DNA of 64,000 bases from an uncultured Actinomycetota bacterium (GTDB lineage Bacteria > Actinomycetota > Actinomycetes > JACCUZ01): positions 167,389-231,388 of the forward strand of contig CAVSKC010000014.1 in NCBI GenBank assembly GCA_963728425.1, in the 5' to 3' direction. How positions within the stretch are numbered: the stretch's first letter is position 1; each line of letters opens with the position of its first letter. Position numbers and translations under genes: made by a program. The notes under the pieces were generated by a model that saw nothing but the letters and a program-made list of their open reading frames with translations, had not been told where the DNA came from and searched no databases. Shown piece after piece: positions 1-11,032 of this stretch.

Positions 1-188
1 AGCACCTGCCCCAGGAAGATCGTCACTAGGCCCCACAGTGCGGCTACCACCCTGCGATGCCGGCGGCTTGCTGAGCGTGCGAGTGCTGACCAGCAGGCGG
101 CACTGTGGGGCCGGACAACGATCATGCTGTCTCACTGCCGGCCGGTCCGCGCCGCTCCGGCCGGGCGCGACAGTAGCGTTGCCCCGTC

Positions 189-1883
<1,695 letters not shown>

Positions 1884-1892
1884 CCCCACATC

Positions 1893-2802
1893 GTGCCCTG
1901 CGCCGCCACGACCTCTACGCTCGCACCCGTGCCCCTGCGCCCGGTCAGCCCCGTCCCGGCCGGCATCCTCTGCGTCATCGGTGGTGCCGAGGACCGCACC
2001 GGGTCGCGGGTCGTGCTGCGCGAGTTCGTCCGGCTGGCCGGCGGCGACGGGTGCCGGCTCGCGGTCGTGGCCACCGCATCCTCGCTCGGCGAGGAGATCC
2101 TCGACTCGTACGACGTGGTGTTCCGCGAGCTGGGTGCCGGCGACGTACTGCGGCTGCGACCGGAGTCGCGGACGGATGCGGACGACCCCGCACTCGCCGC
2201 CCGGCTCGGCGATGTCGACGCCGTGTTCATGACCGGGGGCAACCAGCTCAAGCTGACCCAGGTGGTCGATGGCACCGCCTTCGGCGAGGCGGTGCGGGCG
2301 GCGTACCTGCGCGGCGCCCTGGTGGGCGGCACGTCGGCAGGGGCCAGCGCCGTCAGCGAGCACATGATCGCCTTCGGGGACGAGACGGACACCCCTCGGC
2401 AGGGCGTGACGGCGTCGGCCGCCGGGCTGGGCCTTCTGCCGGACGTCATCGTCGACCAGCACTTCTCGCAGCGGAACCGCTACGGCCGGCTGCTGTCCTT
2501 GGTGGCGCGGTCGCCGCGACTGCTCGGCATCGGCATCGACGAGGACACGGCGGCCGTCGTACGCGGGGGGCACCTGCTCGAGGTGACCGGCAGCGGCTGC
2601 GTGATCGTGGTCGACGGGTCGTCCGCGGTGAGCGACGCGCACATGGCCGAGCTGGGCGCGCCGCTGCTCGTGTCCGGGGTCCTCGTGCACACGCTGCCGG
2701 CCGGAGCCCGGTTCGACCTGACCACCCGTCGTCTGGTCGACTTCCACGAGGAGAACCTCGCCCACCAGATCGCCAACCGCCCCGCGGAGGACACGACAAT
2801 GA
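1893..2802 (+). CDS. cphB: cyanophycinase (peptidase S51)
   Basis: Within ORF 1506..4223 I see ILCVIGGAED, MTGGNQLKL, GGTSAGASA (Ser nucleophile context) and VDQHFSQRNRYGRL. The start is GTG at 1893 or 1929. There is no in-frame stop before 4223, so the given end is the TGA of the ATGA junction, which lies in another frame (see finding). Confidence 0.8.
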
Positions 2803-5568
2803 GCCCCGAGACGCGCACTACGAGCGGCCAAGCCGGACCTCGCGATCCTGCAGACGCGTGTCTACCGGGGGCCGAACCTGTGGTCGTACGAGCCGGCCGT
2901 CCACCTCGTGGTCGACCTCGGCTCGCTGGAGGACTACCCCACCAACACCATCCCCGGCTTCGTCGACGGGCTGCTCGAGGCGCTGCCCGGCGTGGGGCTG
3001 CACTCGTGCTCCCGCGGTCACCGCGGCGGCTTCCTGGAGCGGTTGAAGGAGGGCACCTGGCTCGGGCACGTCGCCGAGCACACCGCCCTGCAGCTGCAGA
3101 AGGAGGCCGGCCACGAGATCCGCCGTGGCAAGACCCGGGGCACCGGGGTCCGGGGCCAGTACAACGTCATCTACGGGTACGTCGACGAGCAGGTCGGCCT
3201 CGCCGCCGGCGCCCTTGCAGTCCGCCTCGTCAACCACCTGGTCCGCGCCGACCCGGAGTTCGACTTCGACGCCGAGCTGGAGCGGTTCCTGCTGCGGGCC
3301 CAGCGGACCGCATTCGGGCCGTCGACCCAGGCGATCCTGGACGAGGCGGTGTCCCGCGACATCCCGTGGCTGCGGCTCAACGAGCACTCGCTGGTGCAGC
3401 TCGGCCAGGGCGTCCACCAGCAGCGGATCCGGGCCACGATGACGTCGAACACCTCGGCCCTGGCGGTCGACATCGCGGGCGACAAGGAGCTGACGACCCG
3501 GCTGCTCGCCGCCGCCGGACTGCCGGTGCCCCGCTCGGAGTCGGTGCGCACGGTGGACCAGGCCGTCAAGGTCGCCAACCGGATCGGCTACCCCGTCGTG
3601 TGCAAGCCGCTGGACGGCAACCACGGCCGCGGCGTGATGCTCAACCTGCAGGACGCCGACGAGGTCCGCGCCGCCTTCCCGACCGCGCAGGAGGAGTCCC
3701 GCCGCGGCTGGATCGTGGTCGAGTCGTTCGTCACCGGCAAGGACTACCGGGTCCTCGTCATCGGGGGCCGGATGGTGGCCCTGGCCGAGCGAGTACCGGC
3801 GCACGTCGTCGGCGACGGCCTTCGCACCGTGCTCGAGCTGGTCGACGAGACCAACGCGGACCCGCGCCGCGGCGTCGGCCACGAGAAGGTGCTGACCCGG
3901 ATCAAGGTGGACGACGCCGCGGTCGAGCTGGTGCGCGAGCAAGGCTTCGCGATGACCGACGTACCGCCCGACGGCGTCCAGGTGAAGCTCACGCTCACCG
4001 GGAACATGTCCACCGGCGGCATCTCGATCGACCGCACCCTCGAGGCGCACCCGGACAACGTCGAGATCGCCGAGGAGGCCGCCCGGGTGGTCGGCCTGGA
4101 CGTGGCCGGCATCGACTTCATCTCCCCCGACATCGCCGAGCCCGTGCGCGAGACCGGCGGCGCCATCTGCGAGGTGAACGCGGCGCCGGGGTTCCGGATG
4201 CACACCCACCCGACGGTTGGTGACGCGCAGTTCGTGGCCAGCCCGGTGCTGGACTCGCTGTTCCCCGCCGGCCGGCCGAGCCGGATCCCGATCGTGGCCG
4301 TCACCGGCACCAACGGCAAGACGACGACGTCACGGATGATCGCGCACGTGTTCAAGGGCATGGGCCGCAAGGTCGGCATGACGTCGACCGACGGCATCGT
4401 GATCGACGAGCGGCTGGTGATCCGGTCCGACGCCAGCGGGCCGAAGTCGGCCCGGATGGTGCTGCAGAACCCGCGGGTCGACTTCGCGGTGTTCGAGGTC
4501 GCCCGCGGCGGCATCCTGCGCGAGGGTCTCGGCTACCAGCGCAACGACGTCGCCGTGGTGCTCAACGTCGCACCGGACCACCTCGGGATGCGCGGCATCG
4601 ACACCCTCGAGCAGCTGGCCGAGGTCAAGCAGGTCGTCGTCGAGGCCGTGCCGCGGGACGGGTTCGCCGTCCTCAACGCCGACGACCCGCTGGTGCGCGG
4701 GATGCGCCGCCGCTGCTCCGGCGAGGTGGTCTGGTTCACGATGGCCGAGGCCGGCAGCGAGGTGCTCGAGATGGTCGAGGACCACTGCCGGCGTGGTGGC
4801 CGCGCGGTGCTGCTCGAGCGCAGCGACCTCGGCGAGATGATCGTGATCCGGCACGGCCGCCGCGCCATGCAGCTGGCCTGGACCCACCTGCTGCCGGCCA
4901 CCTTCGGCGGCAAGGCGAAGATGAACGTACAGAACTCGCTGGCCGCCGCCGGCGCCGCCTTCGCGGCCGGCGCGCAGCTGCACGACATCCGGCAGGGCCT
5001 GCGGACGTTCACCACGTCGTACTACCTGTCCCCCGGCCGGCTGAACCAGATCGACGTCGGCGGCACGATGGTCATCGTCGACTACTGCCACAACGCCCCC
5101 GGGATGCGGATGCTGGGCGACTTCGTCGAGCAGCTGGCCGAGAGCGCCCAGCAGACCTCGGAGCTGGCCAAGCCGCAGCGGGTCGGCGTGGTGGCCACCG
5201 CCGGCGACCGACGGGACGAGGACATGCGCGAGCTGGGCGCGGTCGCGGCCGAGCACTTCGACGTCCTTGTGGTCCGTGAGGACGAGGCCCTGCGCGGCCG
5301 GCCGCGCGGTGCGGTTGCGGCTCTGGTGGCAGACGGCGCGCAGGCCCGGATGGCCGAGGGCGCCCGCTGCAAGCAGGTCGAGATCGTGCTGGAGGAGATC
5401 CCGGCGGTGCACCACGCGATGGCCCGCGCCAACCCGGGTGACCTCGTCGTGCTCTGCGTGGACAAGCACGGCCCGGTGCTCGCCGAGCTCGAGTCGATGT
5501 CGCACCAGGCGCAAGCCGGCGCCCACGTCGGCGAGGCGGTGGGCGACCCCGACGCGGCCACGTCGTGA
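2799..5568 (+). CDS. cphA: cyanophycin synthetase CphA (N-domain, ATP-grasp G-domain, Mur-ligase M-domain)
   Basis: ORF 2908..5568 has the ATP-grasp region GYPVVCKPLDGNHGRGV and the Mur-ligase P-loop VAVTGTNGKTTTSRM. The conserved N-terminal strand ILQTRVYRGPNLWSYEPAVHLVVDLG lies in the same frame upstream of the first canonical start (GTG 2908). The likely ATG at 2799 is in another frame, so there is a frame break at about 2805-2845. Confidence 0.9.
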
Positions 5569-6152
5569 GCCGCCGCTACCTCGTCCTGCACGGCTGGCAG
5601 AACCACCGGCCCCCCGAGCACTGGGAGTGGCTGCTGGTCGACGCGCTGCGTGCCCGCGGCGAGCAGGTGCTCTACCCCCAGCTCCCCGCGGCGGACCACC
5701 CGGTCCTCGACGACTGGCTCGACGTCTTCGCCGGCGAGTGGCGGCAGATGGGCGGCGGCGAGCGAGTCGTGGTCGCGCACAGCCTGTCCTGCCTGCTCTG
5801 GCTGCACGCCGCCGAGCGCGGACTGGTCGACCCGCCCGCAGACCGGGTGCTGCTGGTGGCGCCGCCGAGCCCGGCCGTCACGTCGTCGTACGACGACATA
5901 GCCGGCTTCCTGGCACCGGAGGACCCGGCGTCGGTGTGGGCCTCGTCGCTTGCGACGGTGCGGCTGGTGGCCTCCGCCGACGACCCCTACAGCACCGAGG
6001 GCACCGCGGACGCGCTGTACGGCGGCCCGCTGGGCCTGGACAGCGAGATCCTGCCCGGGGCCGGCCACGTCACGATCGAGGACGGCTTCGGGCCCTGGCC
6101 CGCGGTGCTGGACTGGGCGCTGGACCCGGTCACCCGGTTCGGTTCCGCCTGA
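5565..6152 (+). CDS. YdeN/RBBP9-family serine hydrolase (alpha/beta fold)
   Basis: 195-aa ORF with LVLHGW, nucleophile context VVAHSLSC, ASADDPY and GAGHV (Ser-Asp-His order typical of this family). Its GTG start overlaps the cphA stop (GTGA). Confidence 0.75.
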   Translation: MSRRYLVLHGWQNHRPPEHWEWLLVDALRARGEQVLYPQLPAADHPVLDDWLDVFAGEWRQMGGGERVVVAHSLSCLLWLHAAERGLVDPPADRVLLVAPPSPAVTSSYDDIAGFLAPEDPASVWASSLATVRLVASADDPYSTEGTADALYGGPLGLDSEILPGAGHVTIEDGFGPWPAVLDWALDPVTRFGSA

Positions 6153-6187
6153 CCGGGAGCGCTCGGCGGGCGCTACGGTCAGTAGTC

Positions 6188-7337
6188 ATGGCGCCGCTCC
6201 CACCCCCGCCCGCGCAGTCGGTCGGCTTCTGCCGGTCCGCCGACGGGGTCCGGATCGCCTACTCCCGCCTCGGCCAGGGGCCGCCGCTGGTCGTGTCCAC
6301 CTGCTGGCTGAGCCACCTCGAGTACGACCTGCAGAGCCCGGTCTGGCAGCACTTCGTCCGGGGCCTCGGTGAGGTGTCCTCGACCGTGCGGTACGACGAG
6401 CGCGGCTTCGGCCTGTCCGACTGGGATGTCACGGACTTCTCCTTCGAGGCCCGGCTGAACGACCTGGAGGCGGTGGTCGACGCCGCCGGGCTGGAGCGGT
6501 TCGCCCTGCTCGGGATGTCGCAGGGCGGTCCGGTCGCGGTCGCGTACGCCCACCGGCACCCGGAGCGGGTCAGCCGGCTGGCCCTGCTCGCCAGCTATGT
6601 GGCCACGGTCGGACAACGGCTCCGAGACCATGCTGATGGAGGAGACCTTCACCAAGATGATCGAGGTCGGCTGGGCCCGGCCGGAGGGCCGCTTCCGGCG
6701 GGTCTTCACCGATGCGCTGATGCCCGGCGCGAGCCCGGAGCAGATGACCTGGGTCGACGAGCTGATGCGACGGTCGACGAGCACCGAGAACGCGGTCGCG
6801 TTCCGCCAGGCCCGGCTGAACGTCGACGTGACCGACCTGCTGCCGCAGCTCCAGCTGCCGACCCTGGTCATGCACTCCCGCGGCGACCAGATGAACCCGA
6901 TCGCGGGCAGCCGGCGGCTGGCTGCGGAGATACCCGGGGCCCGGCTGGTCACGCTGGAGTCGGACAACCACGTGCTGCTGGACGGCGAGCCGGCCGCCGA
7001 GGTCTTCTTCGCCGCCATGGCCGACTTCCTGGCACCTGACGCGGCGGCTGCGGCAACCGGCCTACCGGTGGAGGTGCCGCGCCAGTTCGGGGCGCCCGAT
7101 CCGGCCGCCCTCGCGCAGCTGACCGGGCGGGAGCGCGAGGTGCTCGACCTGGTCGCGGCCGGCCGGGAGAACCGGGAGATCGCCGAGGCGCTCACCCTCA
7201 GCGTCCGCACCGTGGAGCGGCACCTGCAGACGGTCTACCGCAAGCTCGGGCTGACCGGCTCGGCCCAGCGGACCGCAGCCGCCGCCCTGGTGCGCGGTGC
7301 GGGCGACTACGCGCGCGCCGCCACAACCGGCGGCTGA
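6188..7337 (+). pseudogene. alpha/beta-hydrolase-domain / LuxR-type HTH fusion regulator; one frame break
   Basis: The N-terminal hydrolase fold (LLGMSQGGPVAVAYAHRHP) lies in the frame of ORF 5267..7039. The continuation and C-terminal LuxR HTH (LTGREREVLDLVAAGRENREIAEALTLSVRTVERHLQTVYRKLG) lie in ORF 6597..7337. The frame switches near ~6605. Confidence 0.8.
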
Positions 7338-7412
7338 GCCAGCCGGAAGTTACGCGTCGGCGCCGTGTCGCGGGTCCGCCGCGCTCCTTAACGTCGTGAG
7401 CACACCGACGAC

Positions 7413-8266
7413 ATGAGGAGTTCCCGCATGACCATGACCACCGACCAGCTCGAGGCCGACCGCGCGCTCAAGGCCAAGCACCGCGCGATGTGGGCGCTGG
7501 GCGACTACCCCGCCGTGGCCCGCGACATCGTCGGCGACCTCGGCCCGATCCTGGTGCAGGCCAGCGGCGTCGGCCCGGGCGAGCGGGTGCTCGACGTAGC
7601 CGCCGGATCGGGCAACGCCAGCATCCCCGCGGCCGCTGCCGGCGCCTCGGTCATCGCCTCGGACCTGACCCCCGAGCTGTTCGAGACCGGACGCAAGGCC
7701 GCCGCCGAAGCCGGCGTCGAGGTCGACTGGCAGACGGCGGACGCCGAGGCGCTGCCCTACCCGGACGCGTCCTTCGACACCGTCCTGTCCTGCCTCGGGG
7801 TCATGTTCGCCCCGCACCACCAGGCCGGCGCCGACGAGCTGGTCCGGGTCCTGCGTGCCCGGGCGGCACCCTCGGCCTGCTCAGCTGGACCCCGGAGGGC
7901 TTCATCGGGCAGATGTTCGCCACCATGAAGCCGTACGCGCCGGCGCCCCCGCCCGGGGCGCAGCCGCCGCCGCTGTGGGGCAACGAGGAGCACGTCCGAG
8001 CCCTGCTCGGCGACCGCGTCACCGAGGTCTCGGCGTCGCGGGCGTCCCTCATCGTCGACGAGTTCGCGACGCCGGGCGACTTCCGCGACTACTTCAAGGC
8101 CAACTACGGCCCGACGATCGCGGTCTACCGGGCGATCGCCGACGACCCGGAGAAGGTCGCCGCGCTGGACCGCGAGCTCGAGGAGCTCGCCCGTCGGTTC
8201 GACCGCGGTGACAGCCGCTGCGTGCTCGAGTGGGAGTACCTGCTGCTCACCTGCGAGCGCACCTGA
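7413..8266 (+). pseudogene. class I SAM-dependent methyltransferase; one frame break
   Basis: SAM motif I VLDVAAGSGNAS is in ORF 7413..7928. The motif LRPGGTLGLLSW and the C-terminal part are in the frame of ORF 7490..8266. The frame switches near ~7858. Confidence 0.8.
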
Positions 8267-8548
8267 GGGTCGCGCCCTGAAGGTGAGATGGCCCGGTCCG
8301 TGCCGGAGAGCCATTGGTTGGTTCCGATGGACGTTCGCGCTTTGGTTGTCGCGTGGCTGTTCACAGCCACGTGGCTGACTCTGAGACACAACTGTGGCTG
8401 GTGCGGCGCGACACGCGTTAGTTCGTCTCATCAGGCGCCTCAGCACCAGTTGTGTCCGGGAGTCAGCGCGCGTGGCGGCCGCCCGGTCGAGTACTGCCGG
8501 GTTCCGATCGTCTTGGTCACCTGTCTCAGCTGCACGGTGAGGGGCGCG

Positions 8549-10258
8549 TCAGGGCGCCGCGGCGGCCAGGACCTTGGCCCGGATCTCGTCCGGGCCGTCC
8601 GCCGTGGCGCCCGCCGAGGCCAGCCAGGCGGCGATCTCGCCCCGCTCGGCGTGGCACATGACGCCGATCACGTCGCCGGGGACGGCCTGGTCGACGAGCG
8701 CCTGCAGCCCGGCCAGCTCGGTGGCATGCACCGGTACGTCGTGCACGCCGACCGCCGCGGCGCCCTCCTGGAGCAGCTCGGCGAGCTCGTCGGCGTCGCG
8801 GCCCCGCAGGTAGTGCTCCTTGTGCCCGATCACGACCTGGTCGGCGCCGCGGGCGGCCATCTCCCCCACGGCGCGGATGATCTCGTCGGTGCGGTCGCCG
8901 GGGGTGCCCATCACCAGCCGCACCGACGCGTCCGGTCCGCCCAGCCCGCGCAGCACCTCGAGCAGGGCCGCCACTCCTGCCTCGTTGTGGGCCAGGTCGA
9001 CCACGACGGTCACGCCGTTCAGCTCGTAGACGTTCATCCGGCCCGGGTTGTCCTCCGACCCGGGCCGGAACGACCGCAGCCCGTCGACCACCGCGGCCCG
9101 GGGCAGCCCGACGCCGAGGCCGGCGCCCACCGCCGCCAGCGCGTTCTCCACGTTGACGTGCGAGAGGCCGGCCAGGGTCATCGGCACGTCCACCACGGGG
9201 ACCAGCGGGTCCGGCTCGACCCGGGGCTCGAGCACGGTGATGTCGCCGTCGATCAGCGTCACCGCCCGACCACCCTCGTCAAGCACCTTCCGCAGCGCCG
9301 GCGACCCCGGGTCCCGGGAGAAGACGCACACGTTGGCAGTGACACCGAGCCGCATCGCGAAGGTCCGGGGGTCGTCGCCGTTGAGCACGACCCAGCCGCG
9401 GGCCCGGGTGACGCGGGTGACCACCGCCTTCACCTCGGCGAGCTGGTCGACGGTGTCGATGCCCTGCTGCCCGAGGTGGTCGGCGCTCACGTTCGTCACG
9501 ACCGACACGTCGTTGTGCACGACGCCGAGGCCGCGCAGCAGGATCCCGCCGCGCGCCGTCTCGGTGACCGCGAGCTGCACCCGCGCGTCGTCGAGCACCC
9601 GGCCGGCGCCGCTCGGCCCGGAGTAGTCACCCGGCTCCACCAGCTCGCCGTCGATGTACACCCCGTCGGTCGACGACCAGCCGACGACCAGGCCGGCACA
9701 CCGGCCCATCCTGGCCACCATCCGGGACGTCGTCGTCTTGCCGTTCGTGCCGGTGACCGCGACGACTGGGACGTGCGGGCGCCGGGCACCGGGTGCCTCA
9801 CCGAGCTCGGAACGGCGCACCAGTGCGGCCGCCGCGGCCAAGACGGCGTCGACGTCCTCGGCCGGCAGCGCGTCGAGCACCCCGGCGACCGCGTGGCCGA
9901 GGGCCTGGGCCCGGTCGCGGTGCCGCCAGGGAAACGCGACCACGGTGCGGTGCAGCTCGGCCGTCGGCCGGCTGCGGACGGCAAGCCGGCTGGTGCCGGA
10001 CTCGCGAGCCACCCGGCGTACGACGGCAACGACGACCCGAAGCGCGAACCGCTGCCGCAACCCCGTCCCCGCAGCGCCCGGTCGGGCCGCGGCGAGGCCC
10101 AGCGACTGGCCCACCTCGCGGGCCGAGGCGTCCGGCAGCGCCAGCAGGGTCGAGATGTCGAGCGTCAGCTTGACCGCGGCGCGGGGGAAGTAGAGGTTCG
10201 CGCCCTCGAGCACCCGCAGCTCGACCAGCGACGGCCGCACGGCGTCCAGGGGAACCAA
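8549..10258 (-). CDS. CphA-like ligase: cyanophycin-synthetase N-domain plus Mur-ligase M-domain, lacking the ATP-grasp domain
   Basis: Intact 569-aa ORF. The N-terminus LVELRVLEGANLYFPRAAVKLTLD parallels CphA ILQTRVYRGPNLWSYEPAVHLVVDLG. The P-loop VAVTGTNGKTTTSRM sits at about residue 170, against about residue 500 in CphA. ARGGIL, NVSADHLGQQGIDTVDQLAEVK, LNGDDP and GDRTDE all mirror the CphA M-domain in this window. A TTG start lies 6 nt after the inhA stop. Confidence 0.8.
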   Translation of the reverse strand: MVPLDAVRPSLVELRVLEGANLYFPRAAVKLTLDISTLLALPDASAREVGQSLGLAAARPGAAGTGLRQRFALRVVVAVVRRVARESGTSRLAVRSRPTAELHRTVVAFPWRHRDRAQALGHAVAGVLDALPAEDVDAVLAAAAALVRRSELGEAPGARRPHVPVVAVTGTNGKTTTSRMVARMGRCAGLVVGWSSTDGVYIDGELVEPGDYSGPSGAGRVLDDARVQLAVTETARGGILLRGLGVVHNDVSVVTNVSADHLGQQGIDTVDQLAEVKAVVTRVTRARGWVVLNGDDPRTFAMRLGVTANVCVFSRDPGSPALRKVLDEGGRAVTLIDGDITVLEPRVEPDPLVPVVDVPMTLAGLSHVNVENALAAVGAGLGVGLPRAAVVDGLRSFRPGSEDNPGRMNVYELNGVTVVVDLAHNEAGVAALLEVLRGLGGPDASVRLVMGTPGDRTDEIIRAVGEMAARGADQVVIGHKEHYLRGRDADELAELLQEGAAAVGVHDVPVHATELAGLQALVDQAVPGDVIGVMCHAERGEIAAWLASAGATADGPDEIRAKVLAAAAP

Positions 10259-10264
10259 CCGTCC

Positions 10265-11032
10265 TTACGCGCCCATGGCGTGCACGCCGCCGTCGACGTG
10301 CACGATCTCCCCCGTGGTGCGCGGGAACCAGTCCGACAGCAGGGCGACACAGGCCCGCGCGGCCGGCTCGAAGTCGGACACGTCCCAGGCCAGCGGTGCC
10401 CGGCTGGACCAGACGTCCTTGAGCTCGTCGAAGCCGGGGATCGACTTGGCCGCCGTGCTCAGCAGCGGACCGGCGGCCACCAGGTTCACCCGGACACCTT
10501 CCGGTCCGAGGTCCCGGGCCAGGTAGCGCGACGTCGACTCGAACGCGGCCTTGGCCACGCCCATCCAGTCGTACTTCGGCCAGGCCAGCGACGCGTCGAA
10601 GGTCAGGCCGACCACCGAGCCGCCGGTCGGCATCAGCGGCTGGGCCGCCACGGCAAGGGCCTTGAGCGAGTACGCCGAGATCTGCAGCGCCGTCGCGACG
10701 TCGGACCACTCGGTCTTGAGGAAGTTGCCGCCCAGCGCCGCCTCCGGGGCGAAGCCGATCGAGTGCAGCAGCCCGTCGAGGCCGTCGACGTGCTCGCGGA
10801 CCCGGTCGGCGAGGGCGTCGAAGTCCTCCGCGTTGCTCGCGTCCAGCTCGATCACCGGCGGCGCGGTGGGCAGCCGCTTGGCGATCGTCTGGGTGATCCG
10901 CATCGTCCGGCCGAAGGACGTGAGGACGAGCTCGGCACCCTCCTGCTGCGCGATACGTGCGACGTGGAACGCGATGGAGGACTCCATCAGCACCCCGGTC
11001 ACGAGGATCCGCTTGCCGTCCAGGATGCCCAT
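10265..11032 (-). CDS. inhA: NADH-dependent enoyl-ACP reductase (InhA/FabI)
   Basis: 255-aa ORF with LDGKRILVTGV..SSIAFH, HSIGF, WMGVAKAALES and ALLSDW, closely resembling mycobacterial InhA along its full length. Confidence 0.9.
   Translation of the reverse strand: MGILDGKRILVTGVLMESSIAFHVARIAQQEGAELVLTSFGRTMRITQTIAKRLPTAPPVIELDASNAEDFDALADRVREHVDGLDGLLHSIGFAPEAALGGNFLKTEWSDVATALQISAYSLKALAVAAQPLMPTGGSVVGLTFDASLAWPKYDWMGVAKAAFESTSRYLARDLGPEGVRVNLVAAGPLLSTAAKSIPGFDELKDVWSSRAPLAWDVSDFEPAARACVALLSDWFPRTTGEIVHVDGGVHAMGA

Noticed and set aside
1-27. A possible start of a minus-strand gene at the left edge (GTG at 25..27, reading VTIFLGQVL leftwards).
   Set aside because: Only nine codons lie inside the window, which is too little to support a feature.
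29-112. A 13-bp perfect inverted repeat GGCCCCACAGTGC (29..41) / GCACTGTGGGGCC (100..112) upstream of serB.
   Set aside because: By a rough estimate, about one 13-bp inverted repeat within 100 nt is expected by chance in 64 kb of this composition. It may be a real operator or terminator, but the sequence alone does not support a call.
2818-4209. Very long ORFs antisense to, or out of frame with, recognised genes. Examples: 2818..4209(-), 8288..11050(+), 19365..21251(-), 25864..27684(+), 27599..29968(+), 43080..45191(-), 49255..51462(-), 56249..57952(-).
   Set aside because: Their translations are Arg/Pro/Gly/Ala-rich low-complexity strings with no family resemblance. Each fully overlaps a gene with clear homology-like motifs. 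Such shadow ORFs are expected in >70% GC DNA, where stop codons are rare.
8321-8508. The 9-bp direct repeat GGTTCCGAT flanking ~170 bp, considered as target-site duplications of a MITE.
   Set aside because: There are no terminal inverted repeats just inside the direct repeats, and a 9-mer coincidence in a 280-nt region is not rare.
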